DNA of 63,749 nt, counting the filler, from Pelomyxa schiedti (taxonomy: Eukaryota; Protista; Evosea): the NCBI GenBank assembly GCA_020536535.1. It is 6 parts of 6 records of this genome, joined end to end, with 100 filler letters (N's around TTAATTAATTAA, not from the genome) between each part and the next. Parts side by side here need not be neighbours in the genome. Positions count along the whole stretch, not along the records: positions 1 to 31,388 come from JAHLWZ010000999.1; 5 more parts are not named here. One strand, given 5' to 3'. Both the position numbers and the translations under genes were made by a program. Shown piece after piece: positions 14,506 through 26,271 of the stretch (its first letter is position 1; each line of letters opens with the position of its first letter). The notes beneath the pieces are model-generated. The model did no database searches, was not told the origin of the DNA, and saw only the letters and a program-made list of their open reading frames with translations.

Positions 14506-17500
14506 ATGCTGTCAGTAGCCCCCATCAGCATAACATCGCCACCAATAGCACCAACAACCACAACTCTCAGCAGCGAAGAGGACGCCGTCAGAACGACTAC
14601 GCTCTCGCCCTCCTCGGTCCTCCCCACGTCTACCCCGTCGCCCGAGGCCGAGCCCCGCGCTGCCGTCCTCAGCGACTCCAGCGGCGCCGCCCCAAGCTAC
14701 GTCGACCAAAACCGAAACCAACACCAACAACCACAGCAACAGCAACAGCAACCCCAACAGAAGCAGCAGCAGCAGCACCTACAGCCGGCGGTCGTCATGG
14801 ACGCGGCCGTCGCGTTAGGCACCCCACCCACATCCGCAGCGAGAGCCCACCCAAGCGGCGGGGCGCCCCCGCACATCCACGCGCCGCCCGAGGGCGAGAC
14901 CCCGCGGCAGCAGCACAGCCCGGAGCGGCAGCAAGAGCCAGAGCAGCAGCACCAGCAGCAGGAGCAGCAGCACCAACAGCAGCACAAGGCCGACGGCGAC
15001 GAGGAGTACGAGGACAAGGGCACGGCGGAGGACCGTTCCAGCCAGCGGGCGGCGGCGGCCTCCTCCTGCGCCGGCGGCGTCGGGGAGCGCGGCGGCGCCT
15101 CGGTTGCGGCGACGGGCACGGCGGCGGCGGGGGCGACGGTGCTGCAGGGCGAGGTGGAGGAGGAGGAGGAGACCGAGGTCGGAGATACCGGCGGAATCTC
15201 GCCTCCACACTCGCCGTCGATAAGAAATGGACCGAATTCGGGGAGTGGCCCATGCGTGACTTCTGTGGAATCAACCAAAAGACAACCGGCTGTGCAGGAA
15301 CCAGAACAACAACGGGAACAAGTTCGATCCCAGCAAGCTGTGGCACGGAGCGATTTTGCCCAAAGCAATTGCACAACTGCGCAGAAAGCTGACGTTACTG
15401 CGCTTCATATTAGGTCGTCTGATGAGGGACTACTGCCGTCAACCAAAAACCCACAGCTCATTGGGATTGTACAAACTGAACCTCTTGGGCGGGACTGGGT
15501 ACTCATTCCTGAGAGCACACCACTGAAACCAACTGCATCGGATTCAAAAGCAGCAGTAAAACCGAAAAAAAGCACCACTGTGTCAAGTAAATCGCACACT
15601 ACTCGTCCTGTGGCTGTAGCCTCACCCATTATCGAATCCGCTGCAGCTGCTTCTTCACCTTTGGTTTCAGCTGCAATCACTTCTAAGCCACCAGATGTAA
15701 ATGTTGACGGGCAAACATTCTGTCGTTGCTGTTGCCCCAAGGAATCAGTGATGCGAGAAAAATATGATTCCACACATGCACATAAGAGCAAACTTGTCGA
15801 ATATTGGTGTCGAAACTATTTCTTGCTCCCGAACGTATCAACCTCCCAATTACTCGGATTGAGTTAACTTCGGTTTTTTTTTTTATCTCACAAAGGCGAG
15901 GGAAAGCTTACGTGAATTAGCATTCACGAGAGGAGGATTTGTAACATGCCCATTAAGAAAAGAAGCCTGGTCACTTCTCCTTGGTGTTGACAACCATCAT
16001 GTATTGGCTCATCAAAAATGTAAGTACTGTCTACGAAGAAGCCACTATACTAAACTCATAAATTACTCTTATTAATTCTCATTACTAAGTATAGCGTTTG
16101 AGAGAGAAACATATGATCCTGAAATTGAAAAAGATGTGAGTAGGGCACTGCACAACCCACACCTACGTTATCAACGGTATTTTGGGTGTTAGTGTGGGAT
16201 GAGAGTGATATTGGAATTTCTAATGAAGAAAAACCGCCAGGGATCACAAAGTTCAAGAACTCAGAGCTATGCTCAATGCACTGACTGAGTCCCCCTTGCA
16301 TGTATCATACTTTCAGGTGGACTCATGAAATTTTTCATCGGGTATTGATGGTGCATACAGGGATGTCATGATGTTGCTTCCACATTTCTTCTGGTATCAG
16401 GAATTCAGATAGGATATGCACAACTTGAGCAAGCTTTTTCAAAAATTCTAAGGTAGTCCCGTCCCAAATAAAAGCTTGGTTCTCACATTTCTACAGAGTG
16501 TTATCGGAGCCTCTACAGGAGATAATGTCACTTATGCAGTATTTGCCATATGTACTTAGATGTGGGGATCTGGAAGTTGCTCAATTTGTGGAGAAAAATT
16601 ATAAGTCTCCCCCTCATTTCCTCATGGAGTGGTTTTTGACTCTGTTTTATCGGATGTCAGATGATATAACAGTAGGTACATTCTCACGGTGATAAAACTC
16701 TTATATCCACGCAGATTGTGTCGCGATTCTATGATGTAATCCTTGCCTCTGACACATCTATGATTTTGTTCCTTTGTGCGAGTATTATTATTCAAGTCAA
16801 AAGAAAACTACTAAGGGTAACGTTTGCAAACCGCCATATCCAATAATTTCTCTAGGTTAGACCCAAAACAGAAGATATACACCACTTTTTGAGCAAGGAA
16901 ACCAACCTTATTTTAAACTTGGAAGTTGGTGCGTATGATTTGCATTGCCTGCACGCCCTAACAAAGCACAACAACAAAAAAAAAAAAAAATCAAGAGGAG
17001 GCAGGAGAACCCAAACTCGAAATGATCATCAAAAGAGCAATACAAATGTACCGCAGCTGCCCATTTTACACCGACCAGTCCCATTGGCAGTATGTCCTTT
17101 TCCCCCTACACCTCACACTATATTTACCCTCACCCAAACCCCCGCAGGCCTCTGCTGCCAATACTCAAGCCCCCTGCTCCCAAAACACGCCGCGAGCGTG
17201 TGCAACAGTGGGTGGAGCAGAGCAGCATGATGGCCACCATGATCCCGCTGCACCACCCCTACTTGTGCTCCAACTGTGTGCAGCACAGGGCATGTCCCCT
17301 TCAAGAGTGGGCTGTTCTCAAGCAACACCGGCTGCTGCAGCAAGGCCAGGCATCACGGCGGCCGAGTGCCCAGCACAACTACCTCAAGACCGTCAACACG
17401 TGGGAGGAAGGGGGACTGGCTCCTCCAGAGTCCTGCCCGGACTGCTGCAATGTAACTTGCTACGAATGCCTGTTGTGCAACTGTGTGCATTGTGTGCAGT

Positions 17501-17523
17501 GCTTGCAGCAACAGCAGCACTGA
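14506..17523 (+). CDS. TBC1D20: Rab-GAP TBC-domain protein, TBC1D20/Gyp8-like, with long Q-rich N-terminus and Cys-rich C-terminus
   Basis: LRELAFTRGGFVTCPLRKEAWSLLLGV; spliced YFQGCHDVASTFLLV; HFLMEWFLTLF; RFYDVILASD; last exon CPDCCNVTCYECLLCNCVHCVQC. Confidence 0.75.
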
Positions 17524-17588
17524 AGTGTTGGATAAATATAAGAAAGAAGAAGGAAATAAAAGGGGCAAGTGGGTGAATTTTCTCTTGG

Positions 17589-18921
17589 TTACCATGACAG
17601 GCAGTGTGTGATGTTTGGGTCTGCAGCTAGGCAGTTGCCGCAGTGGATGCAGCCTGGGTGCTGTAAGAGCTGTTCTTTGTTAATCGAGTCTTCAGTGACT
17701 GTGTGGTTGCATCCAACAGGGCACACGTTGGAGAGTAGGGCATTGAATTTATCGTGGTGTCCCTTTTGGCACTTAATGGATAATACCTATTAACACTAGT
17801 GAGTAAAATTTGTGAAAACCGGTTGCAGAGTATACCTTGAAAGGCATCACAAATTCCATTAAAGCAGCCAGTGGGCAGACAAACCGACAGAAGAAGCGGG
17901 GAACAACAATGCATGATGCTACACATGCTACGAACACTCCTATCTTCAACCAAGCAACAAGACCTAGTGAAGTTTGCTTGTGTAAGGATATCAAGTGAAA
18001 TGAACCTGCAACCGCAAGTACGTTTGTTGCTGTCCAGACAACGAAATTGGGAAGATAGCAGAAGAGCGTGCATGATGGTGAAATGACTCCAAAAGGTGCA
18101 TCAGAGAAAACCTAGATTAGGTAAAGGCGAAGTTGGTGTTTGTTGTGAAAGTACTCCAATAGGGGCCTCAGCATAAGCCTTGGCAGCAGCCAATTGCACA
18201 GCGTTGTCTTCGGGTACGTCTGGGATAGACGATCGGCGCCATGCTGCCAAGCCACAGCAAAGCACACTGAAAGCCAGGACACCCCACTTAATATCCTTTA
18301 GGGAGGAAGCCGTGTTGGGAGAGAGCTTTGAACGAGGATAGGGAATATAAGAAATAAGGTCTTGCGCAAAACCCATTGGACACGCCCAGCCACACAAGAA
18401 TTTCCCCACTAGAATTGCTGTGAGGAAAGTCACTCTATTACAAGGTGTTAAGGTAAAAGGTCAATAAAAGGTAATATGGCAAAATTTATGACAGGCCGTC
18501 TTACCCTAAAGAAAGGATTGGAACAACAGCGTGTGACAAAGAATATTCAATGGCATCAAAAGTCCCCACAGCAATACTGAATGGGCTCTTTGTGCAATGG
18601 AGAATAGGGACCATGAGCCCTAAACGAAACGTTGGAGAGTTAAATCTGGTGGAAGGAAGCTTACATGGTAGTACAGGTACGCCAAAAATGCTCGAATTAA
18701 GTGCCACGAGCACGATAGATTGCACGACGTGTCTCGCTATTCTACACACAATTACATCATTCATACAACAAACGGATGAACACACGTCAATTTCCCAACG
18801 GCCTTGAATGACAGTGAAACATCGTTAGTCAAGCGCGTAATGGACATGATACGATACGAAACACAAGCACACTACATAACACAGCAGATCTGTCGTTGTT
18901 TGGGAGTTGTTGCCGTACCAT
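17589..18921 (-). CDS. Membrane 4Fe-4S-binding protein (NapH/NosR/YccM-type polyferredoxin family) with spliceosomal introns
   Basis: GKFLCGWACPMGFAQDL and RFFCRFVCPLAA (two CxxxCP motifs), hydrophobic helices, and C-terminal CPVG...CIHCGNC. The start is uncertain. Confidence 0.85.
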
Positions 18922-19123
18922 GTCCTCTGACGCAGCACGAGTTTTTTTTTTCCTTTTGATTTGGCTTTTCGGTCAAAGACAGCGCAGGGAAATGCTTCAC
19001 GAAAAAAAAAATCAGTCGACACGCTGTTCTATGTTTTTTGAAAATTTTTCGTTTTCTATTTTCTATTATCCTGAAAAGTACAACACTCAAAGAGGTGATG
19101 ATACAGACACAGTCAAACACGTT

Positions 19124-22100
19124 TCAACTGGAACTCTTGCGGGGTTCCAGTTGAAGACTTAGTGTGTACAACTGGTCATCATCACAGGACGGTAAGTCCT
19201 GCAGGAGAGTATAGAGAGGCTCCTGCGGGGTGAATGTGCAATTCGTTACTTGGAACAGCTGCATTTCGGCAATCACACTGTACTCTAGCTCTCGTTTCTT
19301 GATGTTGATAAGCGGAACTTCCTCGGTGCTGTCCACAAAGTCTGGGTTGCCATCACCTGTGTTGTGGTTTCGTTAGTAATGCCTGTGTTGAAATAAACGG
19401 GATACGAGGTACATATGAATGTGAGGTCAGAAAGGTATGTGCCGAGATAAGGAATTACAAATGAAGTGTTCTTATGGAGACACTCTCGGTACGTTTTAAA
19501 TGACATAGTAGGTGACATTAACTGATGCAACTTCTCAAGTAACTTGGAAAAATGAGAAACTACGAGCGAGCATGAAATACACACTGCCAAAGCTGACTTA
19601 TTAACCGCTTGCTTTGTGAGAGTCAAACGTGAGACTGGGCTTGTTGTCAGACCTGCCAGAATGCTCATTACAGAACTATAATTCCCAATGCGTCGTAAGT
19701 GCTTTGTTTTTATATCAGACAGATAGCGAAATTGACGTTTTAAGACCTCAGCGATCATAATAAACTTTGTATAATACCGGGCCCGAACTGAAGCAGTGGT
19801 CCCAGAAAGAATAGTTAAAGTCACCTTTTTCATTGTTTAAGCACTTGAGCAAAAGACAAGAAAAATACCCAAAATGCAACTTGATTTGATCTTGCTATCA
19901 TACGGTGAACATTAACAGATTTATATCTCGTTTTCTTTTTTGTCCAATTCTGATCAAGGAGCTCAGAGGCCTGAAGAAAGCATTTTTTGAGAATATTTTG
20001 CAACAGGTAGAAAAATTACATTTATACTCTGAAAAAGGGACGATTCTATGAGAGTTAGTTGCTGTGCAATGTCGATTTCAGGTGCTGACTCCCAAATTTC
20101 CAGCAATGAATAGGAGGGAATCTTGGTGTGATTTTATTGTTTTGTAATGTTCTGTGCACGATGCATACCTCTATGGGAGTCTCCTTTGTTGTCAACTGCT
20201 GCTGGACTTTGGCTTCTTCCTCTTTTTTTGCAAGTTCTGATTGTAGGGAGGTTGCTAATCTTGTGTGACCATCTCTCTTGAGAAGTTCGATAAATTCATT
20301 CAACATCTGGTACTATATTTAGCTTTTGGGAGAAAACAGGGATTGGAATCTCACTGATATGGTGCGTTTGTCGAAATCTTGAAATTGGTTTTCTATCCAG
20401 TACTTAATTACTACCCCCACTTTGAGCTGTATCGCTGTTGCTTTGGCGGGCTGAAGAGCTCCTTCGGGAATTTGATATCTAAAGGTTTTAGTGCTCCAGC
20501 ACTCCCAGGAAAGTACAAAACCGTTGTCGAAGCTTATCAAGCAGTTCATATGGAGTACAGAAGCTCTGATATGTGGTGATGCAACTTTTTAATAATTTTG
20601 TATCTATAAGGGGGTTAATCTAAATCCAAGTCGTGACGGTCTGTGATGCAGTACTATAAAATTCATCAGAAGTGAGATAAGAAACGATGTTGTTCAATGT
20701 TCCCGCTCTCAATGTTCCATTGGAATCCGGTACAGGGAGTACTTTCTCTTGCCATGGCGAAACTGATGTTGGAACCTGCAAGAAAATGTCATCGGAGAAA
20801 AAAAAAGGCAGAAGGAACCTCGGATGAGACCATCTGAAGGGCTGCAGCTACAGATGATGAAACAGTGCCAGAATCTCCTATACAAACTGTGAATGCACAA
20901 TTAAAATCGAAAATCACGGTACGGTTGGAGATATAGTTATAAGTCCCTACATGACCTAGCAAAGTGTGGCAAAAAGACATCATGTATTGGCATGTTGCCA
21001 CAAAGTGCACCACTGCGGATACAAGAATCGGGGAGCCATTCAAAGACTCTGTAATAAACATACGAGAAAGGCCAAGTAGCTGTAATGTTAATACCCTGGA
21101 ATTCATGTTACAACGTTACCTGGGTTGATTACTTAAATAACGTACCGCAAAGAATTTGAGTAGCAATAAATTTGATTCATCAGGACAGACTCGACTTTCC
21201 TCAGGTCTTTCCCGGGAGATGCCCCCAGACTATCTGTAATTACAGATTCTTCTATCCTATATCGGTGTAAGAAATATTGCCGGACTGGGAAAGGCGACAG
21301 ACTGAGGTGGTTCTGATTTTATGTTTCCTGTTATCTGCAAAGCTGAGGAAAGAAGCTGACATAGAAACATATCAGTGCGGATAACTGTACTGCTGCTATC
21401 ACCACTGTCAGAAATTTGAGTTGGTAGTTTCTTCCATCCAGATAGTGACACAGAGTCCAGCATACTCGAAATTCTTTCCATGAGTTCCTCGACTGCTCTG
21501 GAGAAGTCGAGGCGCTCTATATTCTGTGCAGAAAAAAAAGAGACATCGATAAGTTTTAAAGGCTAAAATAAGGAGTTACACCTGACCAAGGAGAATTTTA
21601 TTGGAGTGCTTCAGTACTAAAACTAATGACGCAGATAAACTGGCAGTCAAATCTGCCAAAGAACTTGAGTCTTGCGTGATAGAACTCACGTCGCGCTGAT
21701 GAGACTTAATGAAAATCACTTGCTGTCAGTTACAACTTACTGGTGTTGGAGGAATGGCAATAGGAGCATCTGGAACCAAACTTTGCATCTGCAAAACTTC
21801 ATCTACTCCTCGTTTGACAGCTGGTGTGGGGGACTGCTTCTTTGATGAATACTGCTCTAAAATGAGAATTTTATGTGAACATTTGTCATACCTTCTTTAA
21901 AAAAGATATTCCACCAATGCCTTTCCTAACAAGAATTAAAAATCACATAAAATGGTAAGTTTTGGCAACTTCTGTGAATTTTGTTTTTCCACAGATACCA
22001 GCTTCTCTATTGAGGCAAGAACGTTCTCTGATATTGAGGGACTAGTTGACTCCCACTCTCGCTGAAAGCCAGGAAACGTTTTGGTCAAAAGGGAAATTAT

Positions 22101-23812
22101 TTGCTTGGAAATTGGAAGTGGTTCCTTCTTGTTTGGTTGGGCAAGTGATCCACTAGAAACAGACTCTGAATTGGGAATAGTTGGAAACTCAGTAAGGATT
22201 AATGGGAAGTACTTTGCAGAATGTGGGAGTCCGGAACAGGTTCAGGGGCAAATAATTGTTTAGTAGACGTCAATATCTCAACTGCCTCATTTGTTTCAAT
22301 ATTTGATGCAGCATGGGCTGATGCCATAAGATCCTTTCATAAACTGAGTCGGTGAGGTTATATATACGCTTATGAAGTGCGTGCTGAAACCACGCCAAGT
22401 AGAGTAGAAAAGTGGCAATTACAATGAGGGTGACCAGAGAATTTTCTACACCACTGTAAAATTCCTTTTGGTACACAGGATCTCTGGGAAACCGGAAAGC
22501 TGACTTGGCAAGTTGCCCAATCATTACTGCATTGTTCCGCAGTCTCTGAGAACTTCTAGTTAATCTTATGGTAAAGATCAGTATTCATACTTGCTCGTGA
22601 TTTGATTTATGTACATGAGAGAAGGCAATATATTTATTAAACTCTTGCACAATTTGCTTGACTCCTTCAATGAAATTTGGTTCGTTTTGTTCCTGGATGA
22701 AATTGTGTTATTTGGATGTGGAAGAGCTCTTTTGGTAATACAGATATTGCAGTTTTCACAAGACTGAATGACTTTGCTGTTTCTTGTGCGAGAATAGTCC
22801 ACTCACTTTTTGCAGGCTAATACCGAATTAAAATGGGGGTCACCTTCATTCACATACTTTGACTGTTGAAAGCAAACTTGGTTGTGAGATAGATTTTCCT
22901 AAAGCCAAAGAAGCTTGTATTGGCTGAGGATGAGGTGCTGCTTCCAAAGCAGAAATGGATGTAATGAGCTACGAAAGTTAATACAGATTTATCAAACACT
23001 AGTGCACCTTTTTTACATCATGGGCAATGCTCTTGCAGGATGCTGCTACATCTTGTGAAGCCTGCATGTCATAGGGATTTATGAAAGCAGCCTTGACAGA
23101 GGAGATTAGGCCCAAAACTGACTCTTGTAGCTTGTGTGCGAGTCAGAAGACCCATAGAAAGTACTGTAGTTATACCGAATTGACCAACTCTTTTAAGTGC
23201 GACATGGAAGTGCCAGGTTTATTAGTGTAATATGTGACAAGCTCCTCAATGGAGCGAACTTGTAGTGCAGCTTCCTTGGCCAAAGAAATTATTACAGTTT
23301 CATCAGTGGATCTATCCTAAAGGTGGGGAAAAAAATATGAATGCACTTTTATAGTCAATTTCTAACAATAAAAAATCATAATAATCAGGCCAGTTTATAG
23401 CTGCTAGTTTCACAATTATGGGTTGCAAAAAATTTTTTTAAAAAATAAAAAGTACTTCAGATGTCACAGCCCTTGCCAGCCTCTGGCTGGCCAAAACAAG
23501 CTCCTTTGCCAGAGGCACCACGCTCTCCTGCAGCGACGCCCCCCTGCTTATGCGAAACTTGGCCGCCGCGGCCGCAGCCGCCGTGGCGGCGGGGTGCGGC
23601 GCCGGGTGGGAGGGAGGCGGCAGCGCCTTGAGCCCCGCCCCCGCCCCTGTGCTCGTGCCTGTGCCTGGGCTGGCCCCTGGGCCCTCCGGCGTCGCCCTTC
23701 CCGGCTGTGCCGCGACGGGGACGAGCGATGATAACAAAGACGGCGATGATTGTGAGGGGGACAGGGCACGCGTTCGCTGCAGTGCAGCGCTGTTGTTTGG
23801 TGCTCCCGACAT
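19124..23812 (-). CDS. RasGEF (REM + CDC25 domain) with long helical N-terminal region
   Basis: KFIMIAE...GNYSSVMSILAGLTTSPVSRL...SFKTYRECL...IPYLGTYLSDLTFI..DGNPD..INIKKR; REM-like GVVIKYWIENQFQDF. Confidence 0.9.
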
Positions 23813-24016
23813 TGGACGATTTGTACTTTTGTCTCTTGGAAGAGCAGATTCGCAGTTGGATTCGCAAAAACACTTGAAAATCAACACAGCGCGGAAACGA
23901 CAACGTTAGTGGTGGCCACCTCGGAAGTTTTTGACAGCCTTTTGCGAGTTCTGTGCGAGGACTTGCCATCACAGACCTGAAGCTGTTGAATTAGACCCCC
24001 CAATGCACGACAAATC

Positions 24017-24676
24017 ATGGCCAATGTGACACGAAGAAATGAGATGCTCAATCAAGCCAGGGGTGATCGGGTTACTTGCCCTGTAGTATTTCCTGATGTC
24101 GCCTGGTCGTTCTCCGCTGAGAAAACACCAATGAACTGCCCGGGGATCCCATCAGAAACTGGGTCATTGTTCGTTGTCTCATTGTTGCAGAGGGCAAATT
24201 ATGTACTGTGGATCAGTGACCAACAGCACAGAATTTGTCCTCTCCAGCCAGGGTTAGCTGTCCAACCAACTAACTCGTAGCCACACACACAGAGTGACTT
24301 GGCTTAAACACGGAAAAAGTTGGTGGCGGTTTTTTCCTTTCTTATGACTTGTGTGCAGATGTTCTTGTACGAGTCACACAGAAAGAAAAGGCTAATACAT
24401 ACAAATGCGTCTTTCCAGGTACTCCTGGACAGACTCACACTGTATGCTTCACGACAAGCACAATATCAGGAACGCCCACTAGATGTATACCGCTTTTTGC
24501 CGGAGAGCGGCTACCTCATACACGCGTGTATGAGAATTGCACTCAGTTCTGGAACACAGAGATTGTTGAATTGGCCAAAATGCGTCAGCTTTGGGAAGGG
24601 GGAGTCACCCTCTCTTGTTGACCTATTTTCATACTTAAAGTGTGTTCATTGGCCAGCTTTTTTTACCAAATTATAA
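24017..24676 (+). CDS. Possible hypothetical protein exons
   Basis: Short ORFs of 87 and 118 aa with no recognisable motif; the structure was not resolved. Confidence 0.2.
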
Positions 24677-25008
24677 CCCATTAATAGGGCAGAGTGTTGG
24701 ATGTGGAGAACAAGAATCACAAACCTTGAAAAGGACATGTGAGCACAAAACTCAACCTCTTTAAAGTGTTGCCCCTGTATTGCAACCAAACCCCAGACAC
24801 TCTAACTTGGTTTGGGGAAAGGTTGGTGATACCACTCCCTTTGAGATCCCTTCAACCTTGGTGAGCAGTTTGCCTCACAGCGAATATTACCTTATCGGAA
24901 ATTGCTCTTTTTTTGAAGTGTTTACGTCACCAAGGCTTTTACAGTTGTTGAAGACCAATACAAATCAAAAATCTTTTTTTTAATCCTGTCTCGAGTTGTA
25001 TTGTGACA

Positions 25009-26137
25009 ATGGTCGTCTCTCCGGCAACAACTCTGGATGACGGGTTGCAGGTGGGCGAGGGTTGTTATTGGTGTTTTATTGAGTGTTTTCCGGTGTCTGT
25101 TTCGTGTGCTCGTGTTGTTAGTGCTAACTTGGATTTATACATCGCAGATGCTGCACATAAGGGATGTAGCCGAGATGGGAGCGGAAGCACAAGAAAATAT
25201 CACCCGGCGTATCCCAGACGATGAATTCGAACACCTTAAACAGGGAACCAGTCTGATGACAAAATACCTGCCAAGGGTAGTGGCAAGCAGCCCTCTGATG
25301 AAGCAAAAGCTTGTGGATGTCATATTGACAATGAACCTGCTTCCACACCACTCGGTGAGTAAACTTTTGTTCTAGTCAAAGTGAGTCCTTACTGGCAGCA
25401 GGAGCACTTACGTTTGATGCAAAGGAGGCAATTCACAGCAGAAAAAGATTCTTTCTTTGGAGTTATGGAATTCTCCATGTGCAGTGTCAAAGATCAAGAC
25501 ATTATCCCTTTGTGCATACTGTGGTTTGATATTGATCTTCGATAACACTTGCTCCTCCAAATAATTTGTTGTAGCAATGTGCGGTCGTCATTGGACAACA
25601 TGACTGGACAACTACTTGCATTAGCAAAGGAGATGGATTCAAAGAACTTGGGGAATGGATACAACCTACCTAACTTATATGTGGTTGGAACAACCGGTGA
25701 CCTCTGGCAGTTCTACTTAGGTATGAAGTAAGTAAAGGGAAATGTTCATATGCCTGACCAAAATACATTAGTCACCACAAAGAACAACGGGTGGGAAGTT
25801 GTCTCAACCAATCCTCTTTACTGGGGAAACGAGAGTGACAGTGTGAAAACCCTGGGTCTTCTCAATGGGTACGTACATAAGATAGCTGACTCAAATACAT
25901 GAGAAATAACGCGGTGTGTTAAACAGATTCCTGGAAAAGGCATGTGAGATCGTCACAACAATTAGGAAGGGTGAGAATTCAGATACATTTCGCGCCAGGG
26001 AGGAGCCCCGCCCAGAGCAGACAATAACAGCAGTGTTCGCTGACAAAGCCGAAAAGTTCCTCCTTCTTCCTGGTGAAACAGTTGAAAATATTCAAGTGTG
26101 CAGAGACCCAAATCAATCACCCTCTTCTGTGTACTAA
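25009..26137 (+). CDS. Hypothetical spliced protein with restriction-endonuclease-fold-like motif
   Basis: Spliced MVVSPATTLDDGLQ|MLHIRDV...; later GQLLALAKEM...LYVVGTTGDLWQFY resembles the GQL.A....yGivTtG..W.F pattern of eukaryotic PD-(D/E)xK-like families. Confidence 0.5.
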
Positions 26138-26271
26138 AATTCAGTACTTAATATATATTAAAATCCTTGGCACATACCCCTTCGCTCGCCGTCGCGTCGC
26201 CATTTCACTGACAAGCCAGAAATAACCACACTCAATTCGCTCCTCCATCTCATTGCGCGCCACAAACTGAA

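Noticed and set aside
14481-15791. Many long overlapping or antisense ORFs in GC-rich low-complexity segments (also 12680-13149, 23423-23972, 28182-28954, 44211-44978, 51906-52597, 55170-55792)
   Set aside because: They are shadow ORFs of trinucleotide-rich coding sequence that lacks stops in other frames.
17589-18921. Bacterial contaminant or endosymbiont DNA
   Set aside because: The gene has spliceosomal introns and lies contiguously between a RabGAP and a RasGEF.
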